In this document: in pieces, positions 60,526 to 64,000 of the stretch
How the letters are laid out: every line of letters starts with the position of its first letter
Position numbering within the stretch: position 1 is the first letter of the stretch
Source: Octopus bimaculoides
Lineage: Eukaryota
Direction of reading: 5' to 3'
Assembly (NCBI RefSeq): GCF_001194135.2
Contig: NC_068982.1
Location: forward strand, 192,237,158 to 192,301,157
DNA length: 64,000 bases
Made by a program: the position numbers and the translations under genes
The notes under the pieces: generated by a model
What the model was told of the DNA's origin: nothing
Database searches by the model: none
What the model saw: only the letters and a program-made list of their open reading frames with translations

Positions 60526-60633
60526 CATGGAGCCCCTAGGATCATGTAGAGTCCCCAGGGTCATGTGGAGCCCCAGGGTCATGTGGAGCCCCAGGGTCAT
60601 GTGGAGCCCCAGGGTCATGGTTGAGAACCACTG
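60526..60633. mobile_element. hAT (Charlie-like) element end with a tandem 18-bp subterminal repeat
   Basis: GGTTGAGAACCACTG (60619-60633) is the reverse complement of CAGTGGTTCTCAACC; preceded by ~5 copies of TCATGTGGAGCCCCAGGG. Confidence 0.65.
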
Positions 60634-60979
60634 ATGCAGTGTCTACAACACTGGGTCTGTGGACCATCTATTTTTGTTTGACCAACTACATGCAGTGGTC
60701 ACTTGTAAAGGAGCCTCATTGTGGTAGATGTAGCAGCTAAATCTCCCTTAAATCAAATTATACTGTCTTATAAACAAGACACACTGGATAATGTAGACTG
60801 GAAAAAAATAAGATATGTTTACTTAGGGGTCTATGGCCAGGGATGAGCTGACACTAAACAAGAAAATCTAGGCTTACACAATAACAACTAGTAACAAGTA
60901 AAAAAAAATAGGGTAACTTAATTACGTATTTCTCTTTTAAATGGTAGGTTAAGTTAGGTTTGAGGGGTAGGTGGGTTGA

Positions 60980-61215
60980 TTTGACAGACAGACAGACTAA
61001 CAAGCAGATAGACAGATAGATGGACAAACAGAGAGACTAACAAATAGACAGATAGGTAGATTGACATACAGACAGACAGATAAATAGAGTGACAAATAGA
61101 CAGACAGATTGAACTTGAGACAGGCAGATAGACTGACAGACAGGCAGATAGATTGATAGAGACAGACACAAACTGATAGACAGGTAAACAGACAGATGAA
61201 TGGATAGACAGACAG
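60980..61215. repeat. (GACA/GATA)n compound microsatellite
   Basis: Direct observation. Confidence 0.9.
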
Positions 61216-62929
61216 CTAACAATTATAGAATGGGCCTGTAGAAGAGAAAGATATGGAAAGATATAGTGAAGGCTGATCACAGAATGCTGAAGCTCAGAAA
61301 TAGCAAGAGTTCATGGTTTGTAGCAAGAAGTAGCAGAAAAAATCCATCAAATAAGGGGAAAAAATGATGATGATATTTAATTAATTCAATAAGTAAAATA
61401 TATGTAGGAGCTTAACTAAAAAGACATCAAGCAATAAAGACCATGAGCCTCAAAACAAAAGACACGGTTAAAACTTTGATCTTTCTGCTCATTCTCAATA
61501 TCTTCACATTCTCCAACATCATTTTCCCATTTTCAGAAAATTCATAAAATATCAGAATCAGACACTTTTTCTTTCTTAATTTTGCACATCATTTCTGTTT
61601 AATACTGTTGATGCAATTCTAGAGTGTTCGTTGTAATCTTTTTCATTCCTCTCTATCATCCCCTCTCTCTCTCTCTCTCNNNNNNNNNNNNNNNNNNNNN
61701 NNNNNNNNNNNNNNNNNNNNNNNNNNNNNNNNNNNNNNNNNNNNNNNNNNNNNNNNNNNNNNNNNNNNNNNNNNNNNNNNNNNNNNNNNNNNNNNNNNNN
61801 NNNNNNNNNNNNNNNNNNNNNNNNNNNNNNNNNNNNNNNNNNNNNNNNNNNNNNNNNNNNNNNNNNNNNNNNNNNNNNNNNNNNNNNNNNNNNNNNNNNN
61901 NNNNNNNNNNNNNNNNNNNNNNNNNNNNNNNNNNNNNNNNNNNNNNNNNNNNNNNNNNNNNNNNNNNNNNNNNNNNNNNNNNNNNNNNNNNNNNNNNNNN
62001 NNNNNNNNNNNNNNNNNNNNNNNNNNNNNNNNNNNNNNNNNNNNNNNNNNNNNNNNNNNNNNNNNNNNNNNNNNNNNNNNNNNNNNNNNNNNNNNNNNNN
62101 NNNNNNNNNNNNNNNNNNNNNNNNNNNNNNNNNNNNNNNNNNNNNNNNNNNNNNNNNNNNNNNNNNNNNNNNNNNNTTGACATTTGTTGTTGCTGTTGTT
62201 GTTGTTGTCTTACTTTAATGGAATAGGCTGTTTTATAACGTGAAGGTTATTTCAAACCTAATATGACTTTATATCATGATCTTTAGTTGAAATTACCAAA
62301 AGAATGTAAAACTTAAAAGTTAATACAGTAGATATTTAGACAAATGAAACAGAGACAGGAGATTAGGGGCTGATGTGGAGTTGAACTGGTAGAAGAACAG
62401 TTGTAGAAAAGGGGCTGAAGGAGTGATAAAAAAAAAAGTGAAACAAATGTTGAAAAAAAAAATGGAAATGTGGAAAATTATGGGATGGGAGGGATATAGT
62501 GTTAAACTGCTTACAGAGGTGTATGGAAGAAATGTCAGATAGAACTTCTTATTATATCGTCATCGTCATCATTGATTTGACTCTGGTTTGTTCTTATTCC
62601 TGGTAGAATTTATGTGGGTACTACCTGTAACCTTAGGTATCCACAAGCTTTCAATTGTCTTTTGTGTGCTTAAAACATACACCCCACCTCCCACCCCGAT
62701 AATCTTTCCTAAGAGGCAAACTTTTCTGTTTAAGCTCTACAGGGCATTCTATTCCAAACTCCTTCAGCCATTTGTCAATAACTTTGTTTATGATTATTAT
62801 TATTGTTTTACTTCTCAGAACACTCAGTCTTGTTTGCTCTGGTAGATTCTATGAGAGCAGACAGCAGCCTGTTGTCAGACACCTCACAGGGTCTCTTTCC
62901 ACACATTATAAACTTTGAGACTTAGTTGT

Positions 62930-63631
62930 TAATTATCATGGGAGGCATTCAACATCCAAGGACCAATCTCAAAATCCTAGCTGTCCCCAGCAGAGCAGTT
63001 TTTTGGGGACTTGCTCTTTTTGAGAAATCAGAATTGACTCATGTCAATTTTGATTTCTCTGACATATTTCTCAAACTTGGTTCCTAGTGCTCCGAATGCC
63101 CTTAAAACTACTGGAATGACAAACACTCTCCTCATAGTCCACATTCTTGCGATTTCGTCTTTTAGTAGTCTGTATTTTTCAATCTTTTCTAGTTCTTTGC
63201 CATTTATGCATGTATCCCCTGGTATTGCAATATCTATAATTTTGGTTTCCTTTTTTCCTTTATCTACCACAACAATATCTGGTCTCCCAGCATTCATTAG
63301 GGAGTCACATTGGATTGTAAAATCCTACAGTATCTTATATTCCTTGTTCTCTGTGACACCTTCTGGTTCGTTTTCGTATCATTTCCATGCTCTGTTCAGG
63401 CCATACTTTCTACATAGCCTCCAGTAGATGAACTTAGCCACGTAATCGTGACTCCTTTTGTAGTGCTTTTGGGCCAGTTTGCTACACTCACTCACAATAT
63501 GCGAGATTGTTTCGTTTCTGCTGCCACACATCCTACAAAGGGGCAATTCGATATTCTTATCTATTTGGAACTTGGTGTAATTAGTTCTTAGAGCTTGTTC
63601 TTGAGTGCTGCATATCAATGCCTCAATGCAT
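62930..63631 (-). mobile_element. R4/Dong-like LINE 3' part (CCHC finger + restriction-like endonuclease)
   Basis: QEQALRTNY..CRMCG..ETISHIVSEC..HDYVA; RPDIVVVDK..IIDIAIPGD..KEL.KIEKY..L. 5' junction abuts the (TAA)n tract at 63632-63672. Confidence 0.85.
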
Positions 63632-63632
63632 C

Positions 63633-63672
<40 letters not shown>

Positions 63673-64000
63673 ATTATCCAGTGAGATGACAGAATCATTA
63701 GCATGTCAGGCAAGATGCCTAGCAACATTTTGTTCATCTTTCATCATCATCATCATCATCATTCTGAGTTCAAATTCTGCTGAGGCCAACTTTGCCTTTC
63801 ATCCCTTCGGGGCCAATAAATTAAATACCAGTGAAACACTGAAGTCAGTGTAATCAACTAATCCCTTCCCACCAACTTTCAGGCCTTTAGTAGAAAGGAT
63901 TATTATTATTATTATTATTATTTTGGTTTGGCTCCGGTTTGGTCTTATTCCTGGCAGGAATTATGTGGGTAGTGGGGTACTTCCTGTAACTTTAGGTATC

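Noticed and set aside
62575-64000. LTR pair formed by the direct repeat at ~62578-62645 and ~63922-64000
   Set aside because: Short, diverged, no TG..CA ends or TSD; the enclosed sequence is a non-LTR fragment, so these are probably two dispersed repeat copies.

Overview
Repeat-rich, AT-rich animal genomic scaffold with five assembly gaps. The SINE, RTE-tail and microsatellite content looks like an octopod cephalopod; this is an inference and no database search was run. There is no prokaryote-type system (no CRISPR, rRNA or tRNA gene). The dominant feature is a 6,081-nt uninterrupted minus-strand ORF (33082-39162, 2026 aa) inside one ~6.2-kb exon with a strong acceptor (39224-39225) and donor (33008-33009). 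The protein is mostly low-complexity (poly-P/Q/E/N) and nuclear-looking. By eye it carries two tandem Ski/Sno/Dach-homology-like domains at its C-terminus, an architecture unlike the family members I know, which have a single domain in the N-terminal part. A convergent plus-strand terminal exon of an unidentified gene is likely at 2195-2669. The rest is transposon debris: RTE LINEs and their (GAT)n-tailed 3' UTRs, R4/Dong-like RLE LINEs abutting (TAA)n tracts, CR1-like fragments, tRNA-derived SINEs, a Gypsy relic, Penelope-like elements with inverted ends and decayed hammerhead motifs, and maT, mariner, hAT and piggyBac relics. Several foldback or palindromic structures, a 32-bp minisatellite and two strong RFX X-boxes are also present. 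Most short ORFs in the track are repeat artefacts. Repeat boundaries are approximate (tens of nt) unless the evidence gives exact positions.
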